Part shown: positions 44,345-54,252 of the stretch, in pieces
Numbering within the stretch: the stretch's first letter is position 1
Layout: every line of letters begins with the position of its first letter
Sequence record: NC_048673.1
DNA: 64,000 nt
Direction: 5' to 3' (one strand)
The notes under the pieces: model-generated
The model's database searches: none
The model's input: only the letters and a program-made list of their open reading frames with translations
Told to the model about the DNA's origin: nothing
Translations under genes and position numbers: made by a program

Positions 44345-44885
44345 AACACTATTTTTACCTTTACGTCCTAACGGCTTGCGTTTAGCGGTGACATATACAA
44401 CCTCTCTTTTTAAGTTTTAGCTTCATGTGCGGCTGCAAAGCAGGTCGAACCACCAAGGCACATACTTGTTGATGTGGTTCCGTAAATCGATCCGGTCGCA
44501 CCATCACCGGACTTAATAGCATTGGCTATCCGAGCCCAACATACAAACATCATCACCCCAATGGACTACGCCTGCAAAACGGTCTTGCTCGTTACTTTTA
44601 CGCTTAGGCCCTTATGGGAATCTAAGCCTTATATTTAACGTCATAACGGACGAGCTTATGTGATGGCTTGAATCAGTGGTCATTCACAAGCAATACTCCC
44701 TATGTAACCTTTTACCCGTCACGGACTAGAACCTTATTACAGGGAAGGAACCTACATCACCATTTGAGTAATGGGAGAGGTCGGGGTTCGGTTTTTATTT
44801 TCTAGCTTTCACTAGATTTTTTACAAATACCGGTGGGCTACTTAAAGCGTCGATTCTCATAGACCGGACTATTGACGAGAATCCA
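44345..44885 (-). ncRNA. GOLLD-like large structured RNA
   Basis: About 540 nt, ORF-free, directly 3' of tRNA-Thr; blocks GAACCCCGACCUCUCCC, GUGACGGGUAAAAGGUUACA, CGUAAAAGUAACGAGCAAGACC and GCGUAGUCCA match GOLLD as recalled; many helices. Boundaries approximate. Confidence 0.7.
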
Positions 44886-44890
44886 AAATT

Positions 44891-44966
44891 TGGTGCCGAA
44901 TGTCCGACTCGAACGGACCACCCCAGCGTTACAAAGGCTGTGCTCTACCAGATGAGCTAATTCGGC
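44891..44966 (-). tRNA. tRNA-Thr(UGU)
   Basis: Cloverleaf; loop TTTGTAA; encoded CCA. Confidence 0.95.
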
Positions 44967-45244
44967 AGCGGATTATAATCAGGATCGTTAGACTGTGATT
45001 ATATCCTAATGTAGTTGACATGCTATCACAAGGAGGAAGGACGTTCAACTGATTTTGTCCATCTGTTCGTTGTTTGGTAAAGGACAGTTACCTCAAGTTC
45101 AACCCTGCTTGTCAAGGAGTAGTTACCATATCGTCTTTATACTACCAATCCCGCCTGAAACCTAAAGGCACGTTTCAGGATATCCAGATTCTCTATGGCT
45201 GGCTTATTCCGGGGCATACGTCGTTACCCGTTCTTTGTGCTAAG

Positions 45245-45320
45245 TGGTCGGTGATACAGGACTCGAACCTGTGACCCTCTGGTCCCAAACCAGACGCGCT
45301 ACCAACTGCGCTAATCACCG
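45245..45320 (-). tRNA. tRNA-Pro(UGG)
   Basis: Loop TTTGGGA; encoded CCA. Confidence 0.95.
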
Positions 45321-45474
45321 AAAAGTTCCAAACCAACTGTATTTTACATACCAGATGACCACATCCCTATAATGGTTGATTTGGATTACCCCGTGCTTAT
45401 CCGTAACGGTTTAAAACCGCAAGGGGGCATCGTCTCCGAGGATTTTATCAGAACGTCTTCTAACTTCTTCTATT

Positions 45475-45565
45475 TGGTGGATGCTGTTGGATTCGAACCA
45501 ACTTGTTTACCCAGAGGGAACGGATTTACAGTCCGCCGCTACACCGCCATCGTAGCCGAACATCC
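45475..45565 (-). tRNA. tRNA-Tyr(GUA)
   Basis: Loop CTGTAAA; long variable arm; CCA. Confidence 0.95.
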
Positions 45566-45571
45566 AGAATT

Positions 45572-45647
45572 TGGCTGGCGAGGTGGGATTCGAACCCACG
45601 ACATACGGATTAACAGTCCGCTGTTCTACCTACTGAACTACACGCCA
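45572..45647 (-). tRNA. tRNA-Asn(GUU)
   Basis: Loop CTGTTAA; CCA. Confidence 0.95.
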
Positions 45648-45648
45648 T

Positions 45649-45726
45649 TGGAAGCGGGAGGTGGATTTGAACCACCGATTTCCAGATAATGAGTCTGGCG
45701 AGAACTCCTGACTTCTCCACCCCGCT
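45649..45726 (-). tRNA. tRNA-Met(CAU) with atypical U37
   Basis: Loop CTCATTA; acceptor AGCGGGG; CCA. Confidence 0.85.
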
Positions 45727-46107
45727 ATGATATTTAGGGTGGTCTTTCACCCTTCATGAATCTTGGTCATTATAACCCGGCTACATACGCGCATCAACAT
45801 CCCTTTTGATATTTTTAGAAGCGATGGGACTCTGTATCGCTTCATTATTATCGTAAGGTCAACGACCATTAAATTCGTGAGAGCTTACAACTATAGAATA
45901 TATGCATTAACTATGGATTTTTCGATCTGTCTTACTGATGTAAGTTTACTCTTACCTTTAAACTTAAAGGCAGGTTCTCCATTTGGAGCAAACCCAAAGA
46001 CTACTAAACTATGGCGTCCATTCTTCCAATGGATTATACCATCACCAACTGACCAATTTTCAATTATGGATTTTATACCAGACATAATATAGCTCTCATC
46101 AAAAATT

Positions 46108-46184
46108 TGGTGGCCCCTACTGGACTCGAACCAGTGACCAACCGATTATGAGTCGGTTGCTCTAACCAACTGAGCTAAGGGGCC
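46108..46184 (-). tRNA. tRNA-Ile2(CAU, lysidine type)
   Basis: GGCCCCTTAGCTCAG...CTCATAA...GGGGCCACCA closely matches the enterobacterial ileX pattern. Confidence 0.9.
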
Positions 46185-46268
46185 AAATGATATGTTCTTT
46201 AGTCGAGCCGACTTATCCGTATTCTTTCAACGGTGAGCTGATAGCTGTAACACATCAATTTTAAATCT

Positions 46269-46344
46269 TGGAGCGGGTAGCCGGTAACGATCCGGTCTAC
46301 TCAAACTTGGAAGGCTTGCATGTATCCATAAACACCTTACCCGC
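46269..46344 (-). tRNA. tRNA-Gly(UCC) with atypical T-loop
   Basis: Loop CTTCCAA; T-loop ATCGTTA; CCA. Confidence 0.85.
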
Positions 46345-46345
46345 T

Positions 46346-46429
46346 TGGTCGGGATGGACGGACTCGAACCGTCACGCCTATGGCGCTAGAACCTAAATCT
46401 AGTGTGTCTGCCAATTTCACCACATCCCG
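46346..46429 (-). tRNA. tRNA-Leu(UAG)
   Basis: Loop TTTAGGT; variable arm; CCA. Confidence 0.95.
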
Positions 46430-46506
46430 TGGTGCGCCGTACTGGATTCGAACCAGTGACCCACGCTTTAGAAGAACGTTGCTCTATCCAACTGAGCTAA
46501 CAGCGC
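46430..46506 (-). tRNA. tRNA-Arg(UCU)
   Basis: Loop CTTCTAA; CCA. Confidence 0.95.
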
Positions 46507-46507
46507 A

Positions 46508-46557
46508 ATTTATATAAACATCATATCATAGTTAGAAAGGATGTTTAACTTTTATTT
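46508..46557 (-). promoter_or_regulatory. tRNA-block promoter, 50-nt repeat copy 1
   Basis: TTAAAC-17-TATGAT followed by TATAAAT; 49/50 identical to 47622..47671. Confidence 0.8.
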
Positions 46558-47526
46558 GAAGTATTTTTCGAAGTAAGCGACTGGATGTCTGGCTTCTTCA
46601 TCATACTCGTATTTAGGGGTGTCAGAAAACAATACCCTATAAGCAGTTTTCATCCCCGAACCATATGGTATCTCAATTTCATCGTTAAAGTCAAATGCTA
46701 TATAACCTTTTTTACGGAGAGACCGACAACTAACACTCAACCAAGGTCCACAACAGGATCTAAGTCTACCAATTGCATAGATATCCTTACCATCATTGTT
46801 AATATAGCAATAAATTTTGTCTACATCAACACCATGGATATTTTTCCATTCTTCGCTGGTTTGTTTGAAGACCAAACTTGATTGAATCTCAGTAAGATCT
46901 TTCATGCTAAACCACCATATATTTCCACATCCCAAGAAATGATTTCTGTAACTTTGTAATTAGCACAGTCACCATTAGCCAAACCACGGATACAGAAAGA
47001 AGGAAGACACCCATGAACATCATACACTTTGTCATTGGTTATTTCTACGTCACCCGTAACAATAATGATATTACCTTTCTTGTAAGTTTCTACGGAATTC
47101 AGAATACCAACCGGATCGGGGGTATCTTTAGCATTATCGACGTTAAAACATTTTTGACCAAAATTGATTAGAACTGGTAGCTTTTCAGAGAATTCATCTA
47201 CAACTTGTTCACTCAAAATGAATTTTTGACCATTAGTATTGACCAATAAACCTTTTTCATTAAGGTTATAGGCACCAAGCTTCACTTTCATTTTAATATC
47301 TCGATTTTTGATAGAAAGGCTTCAAATGTTTACCACGCATAATCTTAACGCATTTACCTTTACAGTGATCTTCATTGAAGATACTACTCCAAAGGACATC
47401 GCGCATGTAATTTCTGATGTATACGTTCATATTAAGCATCTCATATTGAATTTTGGAGATGATAAACTCATTTTACGTTCAAAAGCTCATTCAACAAAAA
47501 GGAATTTGGGTTTATCATCTCGTATT

Positions 47527-47619
47527 TGGTGCGTGAGGTGGGAATCGAACCCACGATGTGCCATTATGCAGTATCGGATTTTAAGTCCGATGCGTTTCAA
47601 CCAACTTCGCCACTCACGC
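47527..47619 (-). tRNA. tRNA-Leu(UAA)
   Basis: Loop CTTAAAA; long variable arm; CCA. Confidence 0.95.
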
Positions 47620-47621
47620 TC

Positions 47622-47671
47622 ATTTATATAAACATCATATCACAGTTAGAAAGGATGTTTAACTTTTATTT
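47622..47671 (-). promoter_or_regulatory. tRNA-block promoter, 50-nt repeat copy 2
   Basis: Near-identical to 46508..46557. Confidence 0.8.
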
Positions 47672-47908
47672 TTACTTTCTTTTATACCAAGTCGATACGC
47701 TTCCACACAGTATGCATCTATCCTCGATACAGGGACCATAAAAGCTTTAGAAAGCCGAATCTTAATACGTTCGTTCTCTTTAGCCCGCTCATATAGTTTT
47801 CGAAATGGCTCAGGGTCTATAGGCTGAACAGAACATATTTGGTTTGCTATATCTAGCGGGTGTATTCTTCCCACCAAATTTACTTTTTCTGTTTCTAAAA
47901 ACATCATA

Positions 47909-48967
47909 TCATTTCTCACTCAGATAAACATCATCATGCTTATACTCTTTGAACTCATTGTATTTAGAGTCCGTAATTTCAAGACAGTCGCCAACTCGAA
48001 TCAAATCAACTTCATTTGACCAATTTGGTTTAGTTGATTCCACAACCATAGAGTAAGGAATCTTAACATCCCATTCAACCGGAGTCAACTGAATTTTTTC
48101 TGTTTGGTTAAACCCAGCAATCTGGATTTTTGTCATCATACGAACCTTTTCAAACTGCTTGCATGTCTGACGACCATATTCCTGTGATGTTAGCACAATA
48201 TCCAAGTTATTACAACCAGCATAAAAATTTTCTAATTTTGCAAATTCTTCAATATTTTTGAAGATTGCATAAGTTGTATCGTCGTGATGAGCATAATCAT
48301 TAATCTGATCTTGAGTTTTAATCAATCTGCTAAGTTCATAATGTTTTGCATTACCAATATGAACATTATCAATCATGATCTTAACATGATTCACAAGGAT
48401 ATCATCTTCTGGGTCTTCACTATCTTCGATCAACTCTTTCAGTCTTTCTTGGAGAGTTTTAAGATGTCTAGCGACTCGTTCCGGTGTTACCGGTAGCCAG
48501 TCATCTGCATCAGAAACGTCGTATACAGGTTTCTCCCACCAACAAGTAATACCAAACTCCGAAACGAGATCGTATACATCAGACTTTACTACAATAAAAG
48601 AAGTCTCGTATTTTGTTTTGCTCCATAGGTCTGGGATTGTCCAACGATTTTCATCGTATGGATAAAATCCATGGGCTAAGTTCTCTTTAGAGACACCATC
48701 GTTAAACATGGATACGTTTTTCATTAAGCATTCTAACGCAAGATTATCATCAATGTCAAACTCACCATAATCGTCATACACCGCAGTAAGTGGGAAAGCA
48801 CTAATACAGTGTTTACCAGCAACTGGGATCAAGCGAACTTTATCACCACCTTGAACGATTTGACGACTAACAGAACAAACAGTATTAAAACTACCCATAT
48901 CACCACCAAACCACGGTTTTGATTTCTTTGTTATCAATCCAAAATGCAGCACGTTCAGTAACAACAA
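47909..48967 (-). CDS. Hypothetical protein (352 aa)
   Basis: Long open frame in a co-oriented block; no motif recognised. Confidence 0.7.
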   Translation of the reverse strand: MLLLNVLHFGLITKKSKPWFGGDMGSFNTVCSVSRQIVQGGDKVRLIPVAGKHCISAFPLTAVYDDYGEFDIDDNLALECLMKNVSMFNDGVSKENLAHGFYPYDENRWTIPDLWSKTKYETSFIVVKSDVYDLVSEFGITCWWEKPVYDVSDADDWLPVTPERVARHLKTLQERLKELIEDSEDPEDDILVNHVKIMIDNVHIGNAKHYELSRLIKTQDQINDYAHHDDTTYAIFKNIEEFAKLENFYAGCNNLDIVLTSQEYGRQTCKQFEKVRMMTKIQIAGFNQTEKIQLTPVEWDVKIPYSMVVESTKPNWSNEVDLIRVGDCLEITDSKYNEFKEYKHDDVYLSEK

Positions 48968-49383
48968 GGTGATCGTATTTTGATTTTACTACATCTTTCG
49001 CTTCGATTTCTTGACCATTTTTAAGAACTACTTTCATAAACCATCCTATCAAAAAAAATAAACCCCTAACGAAAATCGCTAGGGGTGTTAATACGTTTTA
49101 CTGGCTAAGTTTGATCCGTTCATCAAACTGCATATATGAGAAAATTGCTTCGAAATCCTGATGGACTGCAATCGTTTTTTGCTTATCGGTTCCACGAACA
49201 TCAAAGGTGATATAAGAAACACCGTTCTTCTCAGAGAGACCTTTGATCAGTTTGGTGTCAATAACGGTACGAGACGCACCACCAAATTCAGACGGATCTA
49301 CAATATCAGCAATAAAAATCATTTATCTTTCCTTTTGTTATTTTATAAGGAGATTATAACACTATAATCTCCTGTTTTTAATT

Positions 49384-50397
49384 TTAAACTTTGTTAGCTT
49401 TCAACATAAATTTCTTGACAAGAGCTTCCATCTGAGCACCACCAGAAGAACTATGAGATTTCATAGTCTGTACAAGTTCTTTCATCACATCCATGTTTTC
49501 CGGTGTTTCAGTTTCATAGAACGGAGTAGTTACAGACCAACGTTCTTTTGTTCCTGTACGACCACTGATATTCCATACACCCTTTCGCATCCATGTCATA
49601 CGAGAAAAATAAATCACGGAACCGTTACCAATGTCAACTGCGAAATCATCACCGCCCAAATGTTTTCCTTCAAGTTCTTTTTTGACGAAAAGAACATAAT
49701 CGGCTTTCTTGAGCGGTTTAACCTTTTTATCACCAGAAAAAGCTTTCTTTAGCTTGGTTTCTGGGAAAAGGATTTTCGGATCCTTCATAAACTTTTCAGT
49801 TTCGGATTGGTTGTAATTGCTTTGGGTCATTTTTACTTTTTTACGGTCAATCAGAACCTCAGTGAAAACACCCATCTTATCCAACTCAGGTTTATCAATA
49901 CCTGCACCCAGAGCTTTGGTGATAAACACATGAGCCATTGCATTCAGATCAAAGAAAACTGTACGGTCTTCCGACGTAAATTTATAATCGACAGAAGAAG
50001 TTCCCCAAGTACCAACGGTAATTTTACGTTCAAATGTGAACTTTTTACCGCTCATCTTTTGGAAGTAGTCGAGATAAGCCTGAGTATCAAAAAACTTGTC
50101 AAACATATGGGTTACGAAGTTAGTTACAACATGTTTCTCTTCTTCCTGTTTCTGTTTTCGCTGTGCCCATGTAGCTTCTTGGGTTGCAGGAGAACCAGAT
50201 TTTCTCAGTTCTTCGTAAGCTTGGTTTACTGCCTGCATTTTTTCGGTGGAACCACCACGGTCTGGGTGGTTATCCTTTGCTGCCTTGCGATATGCAGCCT
50301 TTAGTTGGTCATCAGTAAACTTACCAGTCAAACCAAGAGCCTTCATCGCGACTGCTTGAGTCATAGATTCAAACAGCTCATTAAACATCTTAGACAT
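49384..50397 (-). CDS. J-domain (DnaJ-like) protein with large unknown C-terminal part
   Basis: LKAAYRKAAKDNHPDRGG...MQAVNQAYEEL with intact HPD; CTAAATA at 50421-50427. Confidence 0.9.
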   Translation of the reverse strand: MSKMFNELFESMTQAVAMKALGLTGKFTDDQLKAAYRKAAKDNHPDRGGSTEKMQAVNQAYEELRKSGSPATQEATWAQRKQKQEEEKHVVTNFVTHMFDKFFDTQAYLDYFQKMSGKKFTFERKITVGTWGTSSVDYKFTSEDRTVFFDLNAMAHVFITKALGAGIDKPELDKMGVFTEVLIDRKKVKMTQSNYNQSETEKFMKDPKILFPETKLKKAFSGDKKVKPLKKADYVLFVKKELEGKHLGGDDFAVDIGNGSVIYFSRMTWMRKGVWNISGRTGTKERWSVTTPFYETETPENMDVMKELVQTMKSHSSSGGAQMEALVKKFMLKANKV

Positions 50398-50636
50398 AAA
50401 ATCATTCCTTTATAAAACAGTATTTAGGCAACAACTATAGGTTACATCTCTTTGTTTTCGTTGTCAACTGTTTTTAACCAATCCAACCACTCCCGCACGG
50501 TCATACCTTCTGGTTTATAGATTGTATCTCCTTCAACTGCGATTCGCATCCGTTCTAGATCAAAATCAAAGTAGTCATCCATTTGAATATCTTCCATAAA
50601 ATAAAGGGGTTGCTTAATAGCAACCCCTTTATAACA

Positions 50637-50882
50637 TTATTCTTTTACAACTTCAACCTGATTTTGTTTCAGATGATTGATTTTATTCAGATAGAACTGA
50701 ATGTCGGAAGATTCTTCTTTGTCTAGTTCGAGTGCTTCTGCGAGCATACTAAAGATTTTAGCATTTTGTTGACTAATTGCTACTGATTCTTCACTCATAT
50801 CAAAAATACGGGCTTTCAGTACGATGATGTCACTAGACAGTTTTTGAATTTGTTCTTGCATTTTATTTTTCCTATTAAACAA
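50637..50882 (-). CDS. 57A: Tail fibre assembly chaperone
   Basis: QKLSSDIIVLKARIFD matches recalled T4 gp57A; adjacent to gene 1. Confidence 0.8.
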   Translation of the reverse strand: MFNRKNKMQEQIQKLSSDIIVLKARIFDMSEESVAISQQNAKIFSMLAEALELDKEESSDIQFYLNKINHLKQNQVEVVKE

Positions 50883-51618
50883 TTGATTTGATATTTTTCT
50901 TAAGAGCTTCTAATGTACCATCATTAAAAACTATAATATCACTTGCTGATGGTTCTAAACCACGCTCGGTGATATGTGAATCGGTTGATACGATTCCAGT
51001 CTTACAAATAAAGATTACTTTAGCACCATTATCACGACAAAATTGCATTTCGTGAGCCTGTCTGACATCGGTTATAATGATGTCTTTCCCATCATCCGGG
51101 ATACACTCTAACCAATAATCACGTCTTACATTGACAACTAGATCCGTACCAAGAACTTGCATCAGTCTACGAATAGACCATTTATATTTATTTTCAATTT
51201 CTGCTGCTTTTTTCTTATTACCAAAGAATTCAGCAAAGCCAATACACAACATATCTTTTATTGTCATTTTGTCACTAGATCTAAATTCAGAGACAGAATT
51301 GAAAAGTTTGTGCATTTCACCGAATGTGAAATTGTTGTGTCTATGGCAGAACATTATAGCATTATTCAGAAGACTCTTTAATTCTAAAGTAGTCAAGCCC
51401 AAATCTTGCTCTCGGTCATATTCAGTTTCTCCATTAACATCAGCAAAGCTGATATCTTTTGTTTTCTGAATACGTTGTAATCCATTATGGATGGATTTTT
51501 TAATTGGGTGAGCTAAAGCATATGGAACAGCCCCAGTAAGTTCTTGGATGAACTTCGAGGCTGTGTCTTTACCCGTCCGTTTCAAACCAGAAATAGCGTA
51601 TATCATATAGTACCTCAT
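50875..51618 (-). CDS. 1: Deoxynucleoside monophosphate kinase
   Basis: ISGLKRTGKDT, RRLMQVLGTD, IITDVRQAHE, DSHITE. Confidence 0.95.
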   Translation of the reverse strand: MRYYMIYAISGLKRTGKDTASKFIQELTGAVPYALAHPIKKSIHNGLQRIQKTKDISFADVNGETEYDREQDLGLTTLELKSLLNNAIMFCHRHNNFTFGEMHKLFNSVSEFRSSDKMTIKDMLCIGFAEFFGNKKKAAEIENKYKWSIRRLMQVLGTDLVVNVRRDYWLECIPDDGKDIIITDVRQAHEMQFCRDNGAKVIFICKTGIVSTDSHITERGLEPSASDIIVFNDGTLEALKKNIKSIV

Positions 51619-51652
51619 CTTTTTGTTTATTATACCTCAAGACGAAGAACCT

Positions 51653-52216
51653 TTAGATTTTACTTTGGAATGGGTGTCCTGCACCGATACCGACCGGGTT
51701 TTGTTTTGGTAGGATTTCCAAATCGTTTACACCAACAACACTCATAGATGAGTAACTAAATGTTACATTACCTATAAGGGCTGGGTTTCCGTCATCAACA
51801 TAGGACAATTCTATATCGTCCAATGAACTCGGGAATGGGTCATGAAACTTGAAAGTCAATACTATATTCTTTTTTGAGTTATCCAGAATATGAACCAAAA
51901 TAGATCTAGGTCTAGCACCCGGTAGATGGGCGGTGGAATTGAAAGTTCTACTATCAGTAACAGAGATCATCCATTGATACAACTCTTTATAAGATTCGAA
52001 ATTTTCATCAATCAAAAATCTAATCCTAAATGGTTCGTAAATGATCTTCGAACCCGGCATAAGTCCGGACGTCATCTGATTTATCGAAACTCTTGTTATA
52101 TCCATTTCCATAGTTGGAAGAACAACAGATTGAGCTGATGTTACAAAGTTGGCGGTTGTGTTTGCGTCTGGGATTTCCAGACGCATGTTTGTTATGTGTG
52201 CTTGATTATGTATCAT
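51653..52216 (-). CDS. 3: Tail completion / tube terminator protein
   Basis: PGSKIIYEPFRIRFLIDENFESYKELYQWM...ILDNSK. Confidence 0.9.
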   Translation of the reverse strand: MIHNQAHITNMRLEIPDANTTANFVTSAQSVVLPTMEMDITRVSINQMTSGLMPGSKIIYEPFRIRFLIDENFESYKELYQWMISVTDSRTFNSTAHLPGARPRSILVHILDNSKKNIVLTFKFHDPFPSSLDDIELSYVDDGNPALIGNVTFSYSSMSVVGVNDLEILPKQNPVGIGAGHPFQSKI

Positions 52217-54081
52217 GTTGACGGTTGAACCCCATATGAATATTGTGGTTGGTCTGGTCTAAATTCACCAAAACCAGACGGTAGAACGGAATTCATACTA
52301 TTATATGTGGTATTATTTACAGCAGCCATTAACGCACCTTCTTGACGTCGTGCATCTCGTTCTTCCTTTTCACGTTGTTGTTTAGCTCGGAATTCTTCAA
52401 CCTCTTGGTTTCTTTTCTCAAGGGTTTTAAATACAGGCTCATTTTCACCCGCCTTAATTTCATTCCCTAATTTAGATTCCGGTTGAGCTTCACTAGCATT
52501 AGCTTTTCCAAACAATGACCCGGTAAGACTTTCCCAAGCACCCTTCGCAGCATCAACACCCTTATCCAACAGATCTGGATTCTCTTTGGCGAAGTTATAC
52601 AACTCATAAGCCATCAAGCCAGCACCAACAAAAGGAATTGCTCTACCGGCGACACGTACCGCCATACCAGCACCAGTTAATGCGCTTTTTGGTATAAATT
52701 TTGAGGCTGATTTTGCAGCATCGGTAGCAACAGACCAACCCTTTTTACCAAGATCAGCAGCCCTTGACAAAATACCAGCCTTCCCTTTAGGGGTAGGTGT
52801 CTTTGTTTTAGGTGTCTCAATTTTTGCTGGTTGCCCCGGTCTTGGTTCTGGTGTAGGTGGCTTCTTTCCATCCGGTTGTGTAGTTTTCGGAGACTTCTTA
52901 GGATCCTTAGACACATCGTTTGGATTAACACCACCAGAGCCAGACGATGGTGTAGGGGTCTTACTTCCCAATCCCGGTATCTTATCAAACAACCCCGAAA
53001 ACTTAGCAATTAAACCACCAACAGCAGCAGATAGGGCACCCGCAATCATAGGAGCCAAACCAAGAACCGCACCAGATAGAACACTGATACCAGAAACAAG
53101 ACCACTAAGAACAAATCCAACACCACCAATCAGTTTACCGATCAACATGGACATCTGGATACCTTTAAGAACATCGATTAAGCTTTTATGACGCTTTTCG
53201 TTGTTCTCTCGTTCTCTTCCATTTTCTTGTCTTTCTTTCTTTTGCTCTTGGTTATTTCTATCTGTTTTTACTTTGTCTTCTGGTTTGTTTTGTGGGATCT
53301 GTTGGAATCTAGAAGTAGCATCAGCCTTCTTCTCTTCATAAGCCGCATTCGCTTTTGCATCTAATTTCTTTTCCTTACGGGCGTTATGTGCATCAATAAT
53401 AGACCCACCAACAAACTTCGTTGCATTAGCGGCCTGATTATAACCGGGAATAGTTGATAACAAATCGTTTATGGTTCCAGTAACCATACCGATACCAGCG
53501 GACATAGTATGACCAAGTATTTTCGCTGTTGCTGATGTTTCTGATTTCTTCATTCGATCAACTATATTAGCTTTTTTTGCTATCTCTCGAACAAATTTAC
53601 CAGTTTTTTGATTTTCTTCTTTGAAATTTTCCACAAATTCACGACGATCACCAACTTCGCGTTGTATAAATTCTTTCAAAGTCTCCCTAGTGTCTTCCTG
53701 CATAGGTTTGGCAGTTTCCCCCTGTTCCGGGTTCTGACTTTTTACACCTTGGCTATAATCCACTAGGGGTTGTTTATTATTTAAAATGTCTTCCAGTTGC
53801 TTTCGTCTAGCTGAAACTAATTCGTTTTCAACCTTATTACTACGCTTATTATCCTTTCTGGCACCTTTTATCTGGTTCGCTAATTTTTCTTGTTCTTGTG
53901 CGACTTCCAGACTGGAATCAGAGGTAATATCATAAGACGCGGTAAGGTCTTTTGTTGAGTTGGACAACTTTTCTGTCTTGTCGTCCAACTTAAGCATCGA
54001 ATCAGAAACAATATCCATAGCATCCGTGACATCTCGAACCGATTTATCAAGTTCGTTCTGTTTCTGCTTGTCAATCATCAC
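52213..54081 (-). CDS. Probable tape measure / baseplate hub protein (gp29-like)
   Basis: 622 aa, coiled-coil and low-complexity with central hydrophobic stretch; GTG start; lies directly after the 26/51-like locus. Confidence 0.6.
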   Translation of the reverse strand: MMIDKQKQNELDKSVRDVTDAMDIVSDSMLKLDDKTEKLSNSTKDLTASYDITSDSSLEVAQEQEKLANQIKGARKDNKRSNKVENELVSARRKQLEDILNNKQPLVDYSQGVKSQNPEQGETAKPMQEDTRETLKEFIQREVGDRREFVENFKEENQKTGKFVREIAKKANIVDRMKKSETSATAKILGHTMSAGIGMVTGTINDLLSTIPGYNQAANATKFVGGSIIDAHNARKEKKLDAKANAAYEEKKADATSRFQQIPQNKPEDKVKTDRNNQEQKKERQENGRERENNEKRHKSLIDVLKGIQMSMLIGKLIGGVGFVLSGLVSGISVLSGAVLGLAPMIAGALSAAVGGLIAKFSGLFDKIPGLGSKTPTPSSGSGGVNPNDVSKDPKKSPKTTQPDGKKPPTPEPRPGQPAKIETPKTKTPTPKGKAGILSRAADLGKKGWSVATDAAKSASKFIPKSALTGAGMAVRVAGRAIPFVGAGLMAYELYNFAKENPDLLDKGVDAAKGAWESLTGSLFGKANASEAQPESKLGNEIKAGENEPVFKTLEKRNQEVEEFRAKQQREKEERDARRQEGALMAAVNNTTYNSMNSVLPSGFGEFRPDQPQYSYGVQPST

Positions 54082-54252
54082 TTAGTCCTTTTCTCTCGCC
54101 TGTTCTTTGAGATCGTTTAGGTAGAGGTGAACATAAACACCAAATTCAAAGGGGGTCATATCCTCAAGATCCGAATGGCTCCATCCATCTTTTCTAAGCT
54201 TATATACCGTATTAAAATGATCGTATATGGTATGGTTAACAAGCGTTATGCG
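54082..54252 (-). CDS. gp51-like C-terminal domain in the -1 frame of the gp26-like gene (56 aa, no credible own start)
   Basis: RITLVNHTIYDHFNTVYKLRKDGWSHSDLEDMTPFEFGVYVHLYLNDLKEQAREKD*; absent from the ORF track; entered via T TTT TTC at 54258-54252. Confidence 0.7.
   Translation of the reverse strand, partial: RITLVNHTIYDHFNTVYKLRKDGWSHSDLEDMTPFEFGVYVHLYLNDLKEQAREKD

Noticed and set aside
44345-44885. tmRNA or group I intron interpretation
   Set aside because: No tRNA-Ala-like ends or tag peptide, and no interrupted gene or recognisable P7 core; motif blocks fit GOLLD better
46185-46268. Possible pseudo-tRNA between Ile2 and Gly
   Set aside because: No T-loop, acceptor stem or CCA; only one small hairpin
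45074-47741. Short ORFs overlapping tRNAs (45074, 45372, 47526)
   Set aside because: They are antisense readings of tRNA genes and spacers
54082-54159. Independent 25-aa ORF MTPFEF...
   Set aside because: Starts mid-domain, lacks a clear RBS and omits the N-terminal half of the gp51-like motif
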